The translations under genes and the position numbers were made by a program. Positions 1 to 12,383 of a stretch of 64,000 nucleotides of DNA are shown here, in pieces. The notes below the pieces were generated by a model. The model worked only from the letters and a program-made list of their open reading frames with translations, made no database searches and was not told the origin of the DNA. The DNA comes from the human T2T-CHM13v2.0 reference genome, Homo sapiens. Every line of letters begins with the position of its first letter. The first letter of the stretch is position 1. The DNA lies in assembly GCF_009914755.1 (NCBI RefSeq), contig NC_060947.1. One strand, given 5' to 3'.

Positions 1-648
1 AAAATAAAGAGCCTTACAATTTTATGTTAGAAAAAATATGGAGATTAATTAGCTAATAATATTTCCTAAGAAAATAAGTTATTGATATTAAAATAAACCC
101 AAATATATAGAAAGGAAAATAAGATAAATGCAGAAATTAATGAAAAAACAATGTTACAATAGGGAAAAACAATGAAGGTAAAAATTAGTTTGCTCTAAGG
201 TAAATAATAAACACACTTCTCACAAATGAGCAAGAATAAAAGAAAATAAGAACAGTTAACCAGCATCTGGAATAAAGCAGTGGCAAAATCACAATTTCTG
301 CAGTAATTATAAAGATAAGAGATTATAACTGATAAATGTATGACACACCAGATTGAAAATCTAGTTGAACATATTTCTAGAAGCAGACATTACCAAAACT
401 ACCCAAAAGAGGAACAGAAAGACTGAATTTTTCTATAACTGATTGAAAATTGAATTCATAAGCAAAAGCTATCCACTACGGAAATGGAAATTCATAACCA
501 GGTTACTTCACTGCTGAATTCTACTGAACATTCAAAGAGGAAGAAACTTTAATCGTACATAAGTTCTCCCAAAGAATAGAGAAAGCAGAAATGTTTCACA
601 ATTCATTTTATGAGGCTCACATATTCTTAATATCAAAACCACACAAAG
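1..648 (+). mobile_element. Ancient L1 (L1ME-like) ORF2 fragment; outermost host, part 1
   Basis: Decayed ORF2 motifs (ttcactgctgaattctac, cattcattttatgaggc, aaaaccacacaaag); the sequence resumes at ~12320 and ~19491. Confidence 0.75.
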
Positions 649-1593
649 CAGACGGTGACATCAAAAAGATAGCAGAATAGGAAGTCCCACAGAAGCAACA
701 ATTGAACAATTATATATAGACCAAAATACTTTTATGATATTTCCAAACTCCAGATAGGAATTTGCTGTACCCCAGGTAAGCATAGAGCTGAGAACAGGCA
801 CATTGAAATGGGAAAGAAGAGCAATTAAGATTTACCAACATTAGGCACTTCCCAAGACAGCACAGGTTGTTCCAGAGAAAAAAATGTCTCAGCTCGTTAT
901 TTCTCCCTAGAGGAAGGGAGAGGGAGAAAAAAGTGGAAAATGTATACAAATTTTTGGCTTTTCTGCAGCCTTCCTGAAAGAATGACTTTTCATTTCACTC
1001 AGAGTGCTGATGGGCTTGGCATAGTTTGGATGCCTAGGGGCTACTAAAAGCAAAGATGAGCAGGAGGGGCAGCTTACTGAGGCCAGCACAGATTGGCAAA
1101 ATCAAGAGAAGGTGCAAAATCTGAGGCTCCTCCCATGAAAGGGAGGGAGAAGACTGAAATTTTTATCCACTGTTTCATAGTTTTAAAGGGCTGCCTAAGG
1201 GATTAGCATCTGTCTCATTTTACTTGAGACACTGATAAAGAGCTGACATAATTTGGGTGCCTAGTGGATGATAAGAACAAAAGAGGATGTGTAATGCCAT
1301 TACAGAAGCAGACAACTTGGAGTGCCACAAACAGACACCAGAGGGAGCAAGAAATTACCAGCTATGAGCCCAAGCAATTGAGAAATTGCATGCCCATACC
1401 CAGAGAAGTGACATCCCTCCAAAACTGGTTTCAGAGGCCCTCAGAATCTAAAGATAGGCTAATTGGTGAGGGTCCCTCCTGGTATGAAGCCAGTCCCTAA
1501 GTACTGGGAAAGGTGACTTTTTTTCTAATGTGCAGAACCGAGTACAAAGTTGTGAGACGCACAAAGAAGCCAGGAAACATGGCTTTAAAAAAT

Positions 1594-2415
1594 GATGCAC
1601 AATACTTGATAGGTAGTTTTTCTACCCTCACTCACCTCCCACCCTTCTTCCTCTAGTAGTCCCCTGTGTTTACTGTTTCCATTTTTATGTCAACTTGGAC
1701 ACAATGTTTAGCTTCCACTTATAGGTGAGAACATGGTTTTCTGTTTCTGTGCTATTTGCTTCAGATAATGACCTCCAGCTGCATCCATATTGCTGCAAAG
1801 TACATAATTTTATTTTTTATGGCTGCATAGTATTCCATGCTATATATGTACCACATTTTCTTTATCCAGTCTGCCCTTGAAGGTAATCGTTGAAGTTGAT
1901 TCCATGTCGTTGTTATTGTGACTAGTGCTGTGATAAACATACTAGTGCATATATCTTTTTGGTAGAATGATTTATATTCCTTTGAGTACCTACCCAATAA
2001 TGAGATTGTAAGGTCAAGGGGTAGTTCTGTTTTACATTCTTTGACACATCACCAAACTACTTTCTACAGTGGCTGAACTAATTTACATTCCCACCAACAG
2101 GGAGAAAGAGTTCCCTTTTCTCTGCAACCTCACCAACATCTGTTATTTTTTGTCTTTTTAATAATGACCATTCCAACTGGTATGAGATGGTAACTTGTTG
2201 TGGTTTTGGTTTGCATTTCTCTAATGATTAATGATGTTGAGCATTTTGTCATCTGTTTCTTGGCCACTTGTATGTCTTCTTTTGCAAAGTGTCTATTCAT
2301 GTCACTACCTGGGTGAGAGGATTATTTGTAAACTAAACCTCAATGACACACAATTTACCAACATAGCAAACCTGCACATGTACTCTCTGAATCTAAAATA
2401 AAAGTTGAAAAAAAA
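1594..2415. mobile_element. 5'-inverted L1PA16/L1PB-like 3' fragment (minus 1594-~2303, plus ~2304-2415)
   Basis: Minus-strand L1 3' region (gctgcatagtattccatg, ttcccaccaacag) abuts a plus-strand terminus cactacctgggtga...aacctgcacatgtac...aaaataaaagttg-A tail. Confidence 0.85.
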
Positions 2416-4252
2416 TTGTTTTAAAGTGGCTTAAAAAATCAACCCTGAATGAAAATTATAGCAATCTCTGAAATTATGTTAAAATGTATTTCACTTTATG
2501 TGTGCATTATCAACCTGAGAGGGTGGCTAAGAATATCTAAATTGTATGTTTATATGAGAAACATAAGAATTAACAACAAATATAAATAATTATTGATTCT
2601 TGCTTAAGAATCTGTGTTGCCAGTCCAAAATTCTTTAGGAATCACAAATATTAAATGAATGTACTATACAAAAAATACAAAAGTAGAAGAGCATAGGTAA
2701 TCATGAAATCATATTTAGAATTAGAATTAGAATTAATTGGAACTTGCAATTAAATACAACTAACACTTTTAAACTTTGAAAAAAATGGAACAATATAAAT
2801 CTCCAGAAATTGATCTTTAAAAAATGGAGATATACAACTTACCTGAAACAAGTTCAAAACAATCATAATAAAGATGCTCTGTGAGCTCAAGAAAACCATT
2901 CATGAAGAAAATAAGAATACAAACAAAGAGATAGAACATATTTTTTAAAAAGCAAACAAATTTTAGAGTTAAAGAGTACAAAAAACTGAACTGGACCATT
3001 CAGAAGAAGAACCCAACAGCAGGCAAGATCAAACAGAAGTAAGAATTAGCAAAATCAAAAATCAGTCATTTGAAATTATGCAGTCATAAGAACGAAAATA
3101 AAATAAAATGAAATATAGGGGAAAACGCTAAGGAACTTATGGAAGACAATCAAGAGGAACAAATTAAGAATTAAGAAAGTTCTAGAAAGAAAAATGAGAG
3201 AAAAGAAGGAAAAAGCTTATTCCAAGAAATAGTAGTCCTAAGCTTCCTAAATCTGGGAAAGAAAATGGACATACATATTAAAGAAGTCCAACAAACTCTA
3301 ACTAGAGTGAATCCAAAGAAATCCACACCAAGATAATCAAATTGTCAAAAGTAAGACAGCATTTTTTTTATAATAGCAAGAGAAAAGTCTTGACACATAC
3401 AAAATAACTACAATAAGACTATAAGTGGATTTCTCAGCAGGGACATTTCAGAACAGAAGAAAGCGGAATGATATATTCAAAGTGCTGAAAGTTAAAAACA
3501 AACTGCCCACCAAAAAATACTCTATTAGGGAAACTATCCTTTAACAATGATGGAGAAATACTTGCTATAACAAAGAAAAGCTGAAGGAGTTCACCAACAC
3601 TACACTTGCCTTACAAGAAATGCCAAGAGGAGTCATTCAAGGTGAAATAAAAACATTCTAAACAGCAACACAAAAACATATAAAAGTATAAAACTCATTC
3701 GTAAAAGTAAATATATAGAAAAATGAAGAATGCTCTAATACTATAATGGTGATAAACAAATCCTGTTTTAATTCTGCTATAGAAGATAAAAGACAAAAGT
3801 TCAAAAATAAATGTTACTGTAAAAATGTCAGTGGAAACAAAATATAAAAATGCAATTTTTGACATTAATAGCATAAAGTGTGGGGTAGAAGTAAAGGTGT
3901 ACACTATTTGCATGCAATTGAAGTTAAGTTGTCATCTGCTTAAGATAGGTTGTTATAACTATAAGGTGTTTTATGTATGACCCATGGTAAGCACTAAGGA
4001 CAGATCAATAGAATATACACAAGAGAAAATGAGGAAGGAACCAAAACATGTAATCACAAAAAAATCAACACTGTACAAAGGAATACAACAGGAGAGGAAA
4101 AGAGAGAAAAATAGCTACAACAGAGACAATGAAAAATTAATAAAAATGTCAATAGCAAGTCCCTCATTATCAAGAATTACTGTAACAAAATGGATTAAAA
4201 TCCCCAATTAAATAATAAAGTGGCTGAATGGATTTTTTCAAAGTTATAACTA

Positions 4253-4489
4253 TAAACCAAGCATCACTAATGCAAAAACCCAAAATTTTAAATGCTACAG
4301 ATACCAACACTTTTTGAGTGCTAATATGATGCTCAAAGGAAATGCTCCTTGCATCATTTCAGATTTTGAATTTTTGAATTAGGCATGTCTAACCAGTAAT
4401 AGCAATGCAAATATTTCAATATCCCAAAACATCCAAAATCTAAAAACACTTCTTGTCCCAAACATTTTTAATAAAAGATACACAACCTC
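4253..4489 (+). mobile_element. Tigger4a (MER46A)-like TcMar-Tigger DNA transposon
   Basis: gatgctcaaaggaaatgctc...aacacttcttgtcccaaacattt...gatacacaacct, TA-flanked, inserted in L1 ORF2. Confidence 0.8.
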
Positions 4490-4728
4490 TATATTATATT
4501 TATAAGAGATTTGTGTTAGATTTAATAACACACATAGGCTGAAAGTGAAAAGATGGGAAAATATATCCCATGCAAGTGCTAACAAAAGAGAGCAGGTTGG
4601 ACATAATTATATCAGAAAAAAATAGATTTTAAGTCAAAAATTGTCAAAAGAGATAAAGAGACCATTATACATTGATGAAAGTGTCAGTTCACCAGGAATA
4701 TATAGCAATTATAAAAACATAGGTACAA

Positions 4729-7700
4729 GATGCCCTGCCCCAGCAGATATGCAAGCACCCCACAGCACTGCCATGTCTGCTGGCATGTGCAGGCGAGCAT
4801 GGTTCCCACTGCCACTGCCATGACGAAGTGCTTTGGCTGGCACCACCTATTAAAATGTTGTCAGCAGACCAGAAACACCTCAGCTGCTCCAGCACAACAG
4901 GTTCCTAACCTGAGAGGCCAGAGGAAAAAAGCCAAAGGCCTCGTTCAAGTCCCCCAAAGTTAGAGAACACAGCTCTGGAGTGCTGAATTGAGCCTTGGTC
5001 CCCTAAAATCTCCCAGAAATAAAACCATTTAACTGAACCCAACTTATACCACAATTAAACCCCAAAAGACATCAAAGAAGGTAAAAGCAAAAAGTTCCAT
5101 CCAAAGGAGAGTAATTTCAAATATTGAAGGAACATTAGCCTGTAGATATGAGAAAGAATCTTCACAAGAACTCCAGCAACTCAAAAAGCCAGATTCCCTT
5201 CTTACCTTAGAACAACCATAATGCTTTCCCATCAATGGATCTTAATCAGACTGAAATGGCTGAAATGACAGACATAGAATTTGGAATATGGATAGAAATG
5301 AAGATCACTGAGATTCAGGAGAAAGTGAAAACCCAATTCAAGGAATCTAAGGAATACAATAAAATGATACAGGAGCTAAAAGAGGAAATAGTCATTTTAA
5401 GATAAAATCAAACTGATCTGATAGAACTGAAAAACTAACTTCAAGAATTTCATAATATAATTGCCAATATTAACAGCAGAATCAACCAAGCTGAGGAAAG
5501 AATCTCGGAGCTCGAAAATTGGCCTTCTGAAATAAGTCATTCAAAAAAAAAATAAAGAAAAAGCAATAAAGAAAAACACAACTTTTGAGCAATATGAATT
5601 TATGTAAAGATGACAAATCTATGACTCATTGACATCCTTGAAAGAGAGGGAGAGAAAGCAAGCAACTCAAAAAACATATTTGAGGATATTACCCATAAAG
5701 ATTTCCCCAACCTCGCTAGAGAGACCAACATTCAAATTCAGGAAATACAGAGAACCCCAGGGAGAGATGACCATCCCCAAGACACATAGTCATCAGATTC
5801 TCCAAGGTTGAAATGAAAGAAAAAAAGGTAAAGGCCTCTGGAGAGAAGGGTTTGGACACCTACAATGGGAACCTCAGCAGGCTAACAGTGGAACTTTCAG
5901 CACAAGCCCTACAAGCCAGAATATATTGGAGGCCTAGGTTCAGCATTCTTAAAGAAATTCCAACCAAGAATTTCATATCCAGTCAAACCAAGCTTTCATA
6001 AGCAAAGGAAAACTAAGATCCTTTTCAGATAAGCAAATCCTATGGAAATTTATTACCACCAGCCCTGTCTTTAAGTGAATGCTAAATATGAACAGAAAAG
6101 ACCATTACTGGATGCCACAAAAACACACTTAAGACCTTAACCACATACACAATTGATAATATAAAGCAACTTCACAATGAAGTCTACATGATAACCAGCT
6201 AAAAACACATTGACTGGATCAAATCTGCAAATATTGATATTAACTTTGAAGGTAAATGGGACAAATGCCCAAATTAAAAGGCACAGAGTAGCAAGCTGGC
6301 TAAAAATGCAAGACTGAATGAACTGTATGAGATCTTCAAGAAACCCATCTCACATACAATGACATTCATAGTCTCAAAATATAGAGATGGAGAGAAATGA
6401 ACCAAGCAAACAGAAAACAGAAAAAGAAAACAGGGTTGTAGTTTTAATTTCAGACAAAACAGAGTTTAAACAAACAAATATCAAAAAGACAAATAAGGAC
6501 TTTACACAATTGTAAAGGGTTCAATTCGACAGAAAAACCTAAGTATCTTAAATATGTGTGCACTCAACCCAGGAGCATCCAGATTCATAAAGCAAGCCTT
6601 AGAGACCTATGAAGAGACTTAGATAACTACACAAAAATAGTGGGAAACATAAACATCTCATTGACAGTATAAGACAGATCATCGAGGCAGAAAACTAACA
6701 AAAATATTTGGGAACTGAACTTTATGCTTGACCAAATGGGCCTGACAGACATCTATAGAACAGAAAACCATACGATTACATGGAAATTAAACAACCTATT
6801 CCAGAATGACTTTGGGGTGAACAACAAAATTAAATAAAAAAACAAAAAAATCTTTCAAGCTAATTTGAATGAAGCTACATCATACAAGAATCTCTAGAAC
6901 ATAGTTACAGCAGTTTTAGGAGAAAAGCTTATAGTGCTAAATACCCACATTTAGAAAGACTTCAAGTTAACAATGTAACATTACACCTAGAGGAACTAGA
7001 AAAACAAGAGCAAACCAACCCCGAAGCTAGCAGAAGACAAAAAATAACCAAAATCAGAACTGAACTATACAAAAAAAATCAATGAACCCAGGAGCTGATT
7101 CTTAGAAAGAATAAATAAGATTGATAGATCACAGGCTGATCCAAATTAACACAATCAGAAATGGCAAAGGGGACTTTACTACTGATGCCACAGAAATACC
7201 AAAAACCCTCAGGACTACTACAAACACCTCTATGAACACAACCTGGAAAACCTAGAAAAATGGACAAATGCCTGGAAATGTACAACTTTCCAAGATTGAA
7301 TCAGAAAGAAACTGAATCCTTGAAAAGACCAATAATGCATTCCAAAGTTGAATTAGTAAGAAAAAGCCTACCAACTAAAAGGACCAGACAGATTCACAGA
7401 TGAATTCTGCTAGGTGTATAAGGAAGAGTTAGTACCATTTTTACTGAAAATATTCCCCCCAAAAATGAGAAAGAGGGACTCCCTAATTTTTTCTATGAGG
7501 GCAGCATCATTCTGATAAACCTGGCAGAAACACAATAAAAAAAGAGAAAACTTTAGGCCAAAATCCTTGATGAATATGGATTTAAAACCTCAAAAAATAC
7601 TAGCAAACTGAATCCAACAGCCCACCAAAAAGCTAATCCACCATGATCAAGTAGGCTTTATCTCTGTGACATAAGGTTGGTTCAATATACACAAATCAGT

Positions 7701-10053
7701 AAATGAAATTCATCACATAAGCAGAACTAAAAACAAAAAAAAAGATCATCTCAACAGAGGCAGAAACAGCTTTCTATAATATTCAACATTCCTTCATATT
7801 AAAAAACTTGCAACAATCTAGGTATTGAAGGAACATACCTCAAAATAATAAAAGCCATCTCTGACAAACCCACAGCCAACATTATACTGAATAAGCAGAA
7901 GCCGATGCATTCCTGTTGAGAACCAGAACAAGACAAGAATTCCCACTCTGACCACTCCTATTCAAGGTAGTATTGGAAGACCAAACCAGAGCAATTGGGC
8001 AAGAGAAAGAAATAAAAGCTATCTAAATAGGATGTCAAACTATTTGTTTGCAGACAACATGATTCTTCACCTAGAAAATACCATAGTCTCTGCCAAAAGC
8101 TCCTAGATCTGATAAACCACTTCAACAAAGTTTCAGTACACAAAACCAATGCTCAAAAGTAAGTAATATTTCTGTAAACACACCACAACAAAGCTGAGAG
8201 CCAAATCAAGAAAACAATCCTATTCACAATAGACACAAAAAGCATAAAATACCTATGTATATAGCTAACCAGGGAGGGAAAAGATATCTACGATGAGAAT
8301 TACAAAACATTGCTGAAACAAATCAGAGAATTCACAAACAAGTGGAAAAACATTACATGCTTATGAAGAGAAAGCATCAGTATCGTTAAAAATGGATATA
8401 CTGCCAAAAGCAATTTACAAATTCAAAGCTATTTCTATCAAACTATCAATGGTATTTCCTAAATCATTAGAAAAAAAACTGTTTTTATGTACACAGGGAA
8501 CCAAAAAAAGAGCCTGAATAGCCAAATCAGTCCTAAGCAAAAAGAACAAACTGGAAGCATCACATTACCTAACTTCGAACTATATTACATTACCTAACTT
8601 CAAACTATATTACAGGGGTATAGTAATCAAAACTGCATGGTACTGGTACAAAAACAGACACATAGGCCAATGGAACGGAAAATAGTCCAGAAATAAAGCC
8701 AGACACCTACAACCATATGATCTTTGACAAAGTCAATAAAATAAGCAATGAGGAAAGAACTCCCTATTCAATAAATGGTGCTGGAATAACTGGCTAGCCA
8801 TTTGCAGAAGATGGAAGGGAGTAGACCACTTACTTACATCATATAAAAATACCAACTCCAGATGGATTAAAGACTTAAATGTAAAACCTACAACTATAAA
8901 AATCCTTGAAGAAAACCTAGGAAATACAATTCTGGACATAAGCTCTGGAAAAGATTTCATGGAGAAAAAGCCAAAAGCAATTACAATGAAAACAAAAATT
9001 GGCAAATGGGACCTGTTTAAACTAAAGAGATTCTGTACAGCAAAAGAAACTATCAACAGAGTAAACAGATAAATTAGAGAATGTTTGGAAACCATGCATC
9101 TGACAAAGAAATAAGAAATAAGAAATCTGAATAAAGAAATCTGAATAAGAAAATGTTTGGAAACCATGCATCTGACAAAAGTCTAATATCCAGAATCTAG
9201 AAGAAATTTAAATTAACAAGTATAATAATAAACAATGCCGCTGAACAGTGGGCAATGGACTTGAACAGATAATCTTCAAAAGAAGACATACAGTGGTCAA
9301 TAAGCATACGAACAAAAATGCTCAAAATCACTAATCATTAGAGAAATGCAAATAAAAGCCACAATGAGATACCATTCCACACCAGTCAGAATGGCTATTA
9401 CTAAATGTTAAAAAATAACAGATGCTGACAAGGTTGCAGAGAAAATGGAATGATTATAGTTTGCTAGTGGGAATGTAAATTATTTCAGCCATTGTGGAAC
9501 ACAGTTTGGTGATTTCTCAAAGCTTAAAATAGAACTACCATTTGACCCAGCAATCTTATTATCGGTTATATACACAAAGGAATATAAATCGTTCTATCAT
9601 AAGTACACATGCACACACATGTTCATCGCAGCACTATTCACAACAGCAAAGACATGAAATCAACCAAAATGCCCATCAATGGTAGAGTGGATAAAGAAAA
9701 TGTGGTACACATATACCATGGAATACTCTTCAGCCATAAAGAAGGATGAGATAATGCCCTTTTCAGCAACATGGATGGAGCTGGAGGCCACTATGCTTAG
9801 CAAACTAGCACATGTTCTCACTTATAAGTGGGCACTAAACACTGTGTACACATGAACGCAAAGAAGGAAACAACAGACACTGGAGCCTATTTGAGGGTGG
9901 ACAAAGGGAGGAGGATGAGGATTGAAAAACTATCATTTTATTATATCCTATGCTTATTACCTGGATGATTAAATAATCTGTATCACCAACCCCTGTGATA
10001 CACAATCTACCTATATAATAAAACTACACATGTACCCTTGAACCTAAAATAAA
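4729..10053 (+). mobile_element. Near-full-length decayed L1PA15/16-like element nested in the older L1
   Basis: Partial 5'UTR, ORF1 (~5070-6110), ORF2 with stops, frameshifts and internal deletions, 3' end ...catgtacccttgaacctaaaataaa. Confidence 0.9.
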
Positions 10054-10235
10054 CACATATGCACACGCACACCAGATGTCGGGAGACCCCAAAATATAAA
10101 GCAAATATTGAAAGAACTGAAGGGAGAAATAGGCAACAGAATATCAGTAGGAATAATAGTAGGGGATTTCAATATTCCACTTTCAATCCCAGGTTGAACA
10201 TCTACGCAGAAGATGAATACAAAAACAGAGTATGT

Positions 10236-10546
10236 GGCTGGGTTCAGTGGCTCACTCCTGTAATCCCAGCACTTTGGGAGGCTGAGGTGGGCAGATTGCT
10301 TAAGGTTAGGAGTCCGAGACCAACCTGGGCAACATGGCAAACCTTGTCTCTACAAAAAATACAAAAATTATCTAGGCGTGGTGGCTTGTGCCTGTATTCC
10401 CAGTCACTTGGGAGGCTGAGGTGGAAGGATCACTTGAGCTCAGGAGGTAGAGGTTGGAAAAAGCTGAGATCACGCCACTGTATTCCAGCCTGGGCGACAG
10501 AGGGACACCCTGTCTCAAAAACAAGCAAGCAAACAAACAAACAAAC
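10236..10546 (+). mobile_element. AluJ with (CAAA)n tail
   Basis: Dimeric Alu with J diagnostics (ctgggcaacatggcaaac, ggatcacttgagctcagg); degenerate TSD aaaaacagagtatgt / aaaaaagaggatgt. Confidence 0.93.
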
Positions 10547-11420
10547 AAAAAAGAGGATGTAAACAACACTATGGATCAAATAGATCTAAAAGACATATAC
10601 AGAACATTCCACCCAAAAGCAACATCATAAACATTCTTCTCAAGTGCATAAGAAACATTCTCCAAGATAGGTCACATCTTATGCCACAAAACAAATTTAA
10701 GAAGATTGACATCATACCAGGTGTATTTTTTAACCATGACAGAATAAAAGTGGCTGAAGAAAATAGCAAAATTTACAAATATGTGGAAGTTACACAATAT
10801 ACTTATGCATAGCCAAATAACTAAAAACAAAAAGTAAAAGAAAAAATAGAAAATGTATTGACACAAATTAAATACAAAACACTGTCATTTGCCAAAACTT
10901 ATAGGATGTTTGCCAAAACTTATATGATATTACTATAGCAGTATTAACATAAAACTTTATTTTGATAAGTGCCTATATTAGAAAGAAGAAACATCTCTTA
11001 ACAATCTAAGTTTATGCCCATAGGAACTAGAAAATGAAAAACAAACTCTGCTTAGAGTTAGCAAAAGAAATAAAATGAAATTGCAGCAGAAATAAATGAA
11101 ACAGAGAAGAGAAAATAACCAATGAAACTAGGGATTGATTTTTTTAGAAGACCAATAAGGTTGAAAAACATGTAGTTAGATTAACAGAGAAAAAAGGGAG
11201 AAAGTGCAATTAAATAAAATTAGAAATTAAAGATACATTGCAACTGATGCCATAAAAATAAACAGGATTACAAGAGACTACTATGAACAAAGTACACACC
11301 AACAAAATGGATAACCTAGAAAAAAAATGGATCAACTCCTATAAACATACTTGTTTTACTTGTTTTTTTTTCTGACATTAGAGGAAAATATTTCAGCTTT
11401 TCATCATTAAATATGATGTG

Positions 11421-11730
11421 ATGTTATTAGTCAGTTTTCATGCTCCTGATAAAGACATACACCAAACAGTAATTTATAAAGAAAAAGAGGTTTAATGGAC
11501 TCACAGTTCCACGTGGCTAGGGAGGCTTCACAATCATGACAGAAGGTGAAAGGCGTATCTTACATGGCAGCAGGCAAGAGAACGAGATCCAAGCAAAAAA
11601 GGGTTTCCCCTTATAAAACTATCAGATATCACAAGACTTATTCACTACCACGAGAACGGTATGGGGGAAACTGCCCCCGTGATTCAATTATCTCCCACTG
11701 GGTCCCTCTCATAACACGTGGGAATTATAG
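11421..11730 (-). mobile_element. THE1C-like MaLR LTR, truncated at one end
   Basis: ctgataaagacatac...gaggtttaatggactcacagttccacgtggct...tcaattatctcccactgggtccctc...cacgtgggaattat; the last ~50 bp of the LTR are missing. Confidence 0.9.
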
Positions 11731-12383
11731 ACGGCACTATGAGTAGAAAACACAAACAGACCTATAAATAATGAACTTGAATCAGTAATCAAAACCTCAC
11801 AACAAAGAAAAACCCAAGTCCAGGTTTTTTCACTCATTAATTTTACCATTTGAAGAATAATTAATGCCAATTCTTCTCAAACTCTTTCAAAAAATTGAAG
11901 AGCAGGAGCATTTTCAAGCTCATTACATGAGGTTTGCCAGAAAAAGACACTACAAAGGAAGAAAACAACAGGTCAATATCCCTAATGTATATACATACAA
12001 AAATCGTCAATAAAATACTAGCAAACTAAACATAACAGCACATCAAAATGATCATTCACCATCAACAATTTGAATTTATCCCTGTTGAACCATGCAATGT
12101 AAAAAAAAAAATAGTATAGTGTTTGTCAGGGACTGTAGAAAAAAAGAAATGAGGAGTTGCCGTTCAATGAATATAGAGTTTTAGACGTGCAACATGTGAA
12201 AGTTCTGGAGATCATCTGTACAACATTGTTCCTATAGTTAACAATATTGTGCTGTACATTAAAAATGTATTAACATTATAGATCTCATGTTATATGCTTT
12301 TTACCACAAAAACAAATACAAAGAAGAAAGAAAAAACACCAGCCAATCTCATATATAAAAGTATATGAAAATATCCTAAACAA

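Larger units (their letters stand above)
649..12320 (+). mobile_element. L1MA9/L1MB-like element (5'UTR, ORF1, partial ORF2, 3' end ~12100-12320), interrupted by several younger inserts
   Basis: L1M-type 5' end at ~650-1590, ORF1 ~2785-3660, ORF2 start ~4145, ORF2 resumes at ~10055; 3'UTR motif agttctggagatcatctgtacaacattg...tagatctcatgtta. Confidence 0.7.

Noticed and set aside
8562-8613. Small tandem duplications within L1/Alu (also ~10888-10924 and 21572-21605)
   Set aside because: Ordinary slippage mutations in neutral repeats.
8733-9167. 144-aa hydrophobic, membrane-protein-like ORF
   Set aside because: Antisense of A-rich L1 ORF2.
4729-10053. Possibly active full-length L1
   Set aside because: ORF1 and ORF2 are broken by many stops, frameshifts and deletions; no long ORF remains.
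10059-10562. 167-aa ORF
   Set aside because: Chance read-through of decayed L1 into an Alu ([15 protein letters not shown] is Alu-derived).
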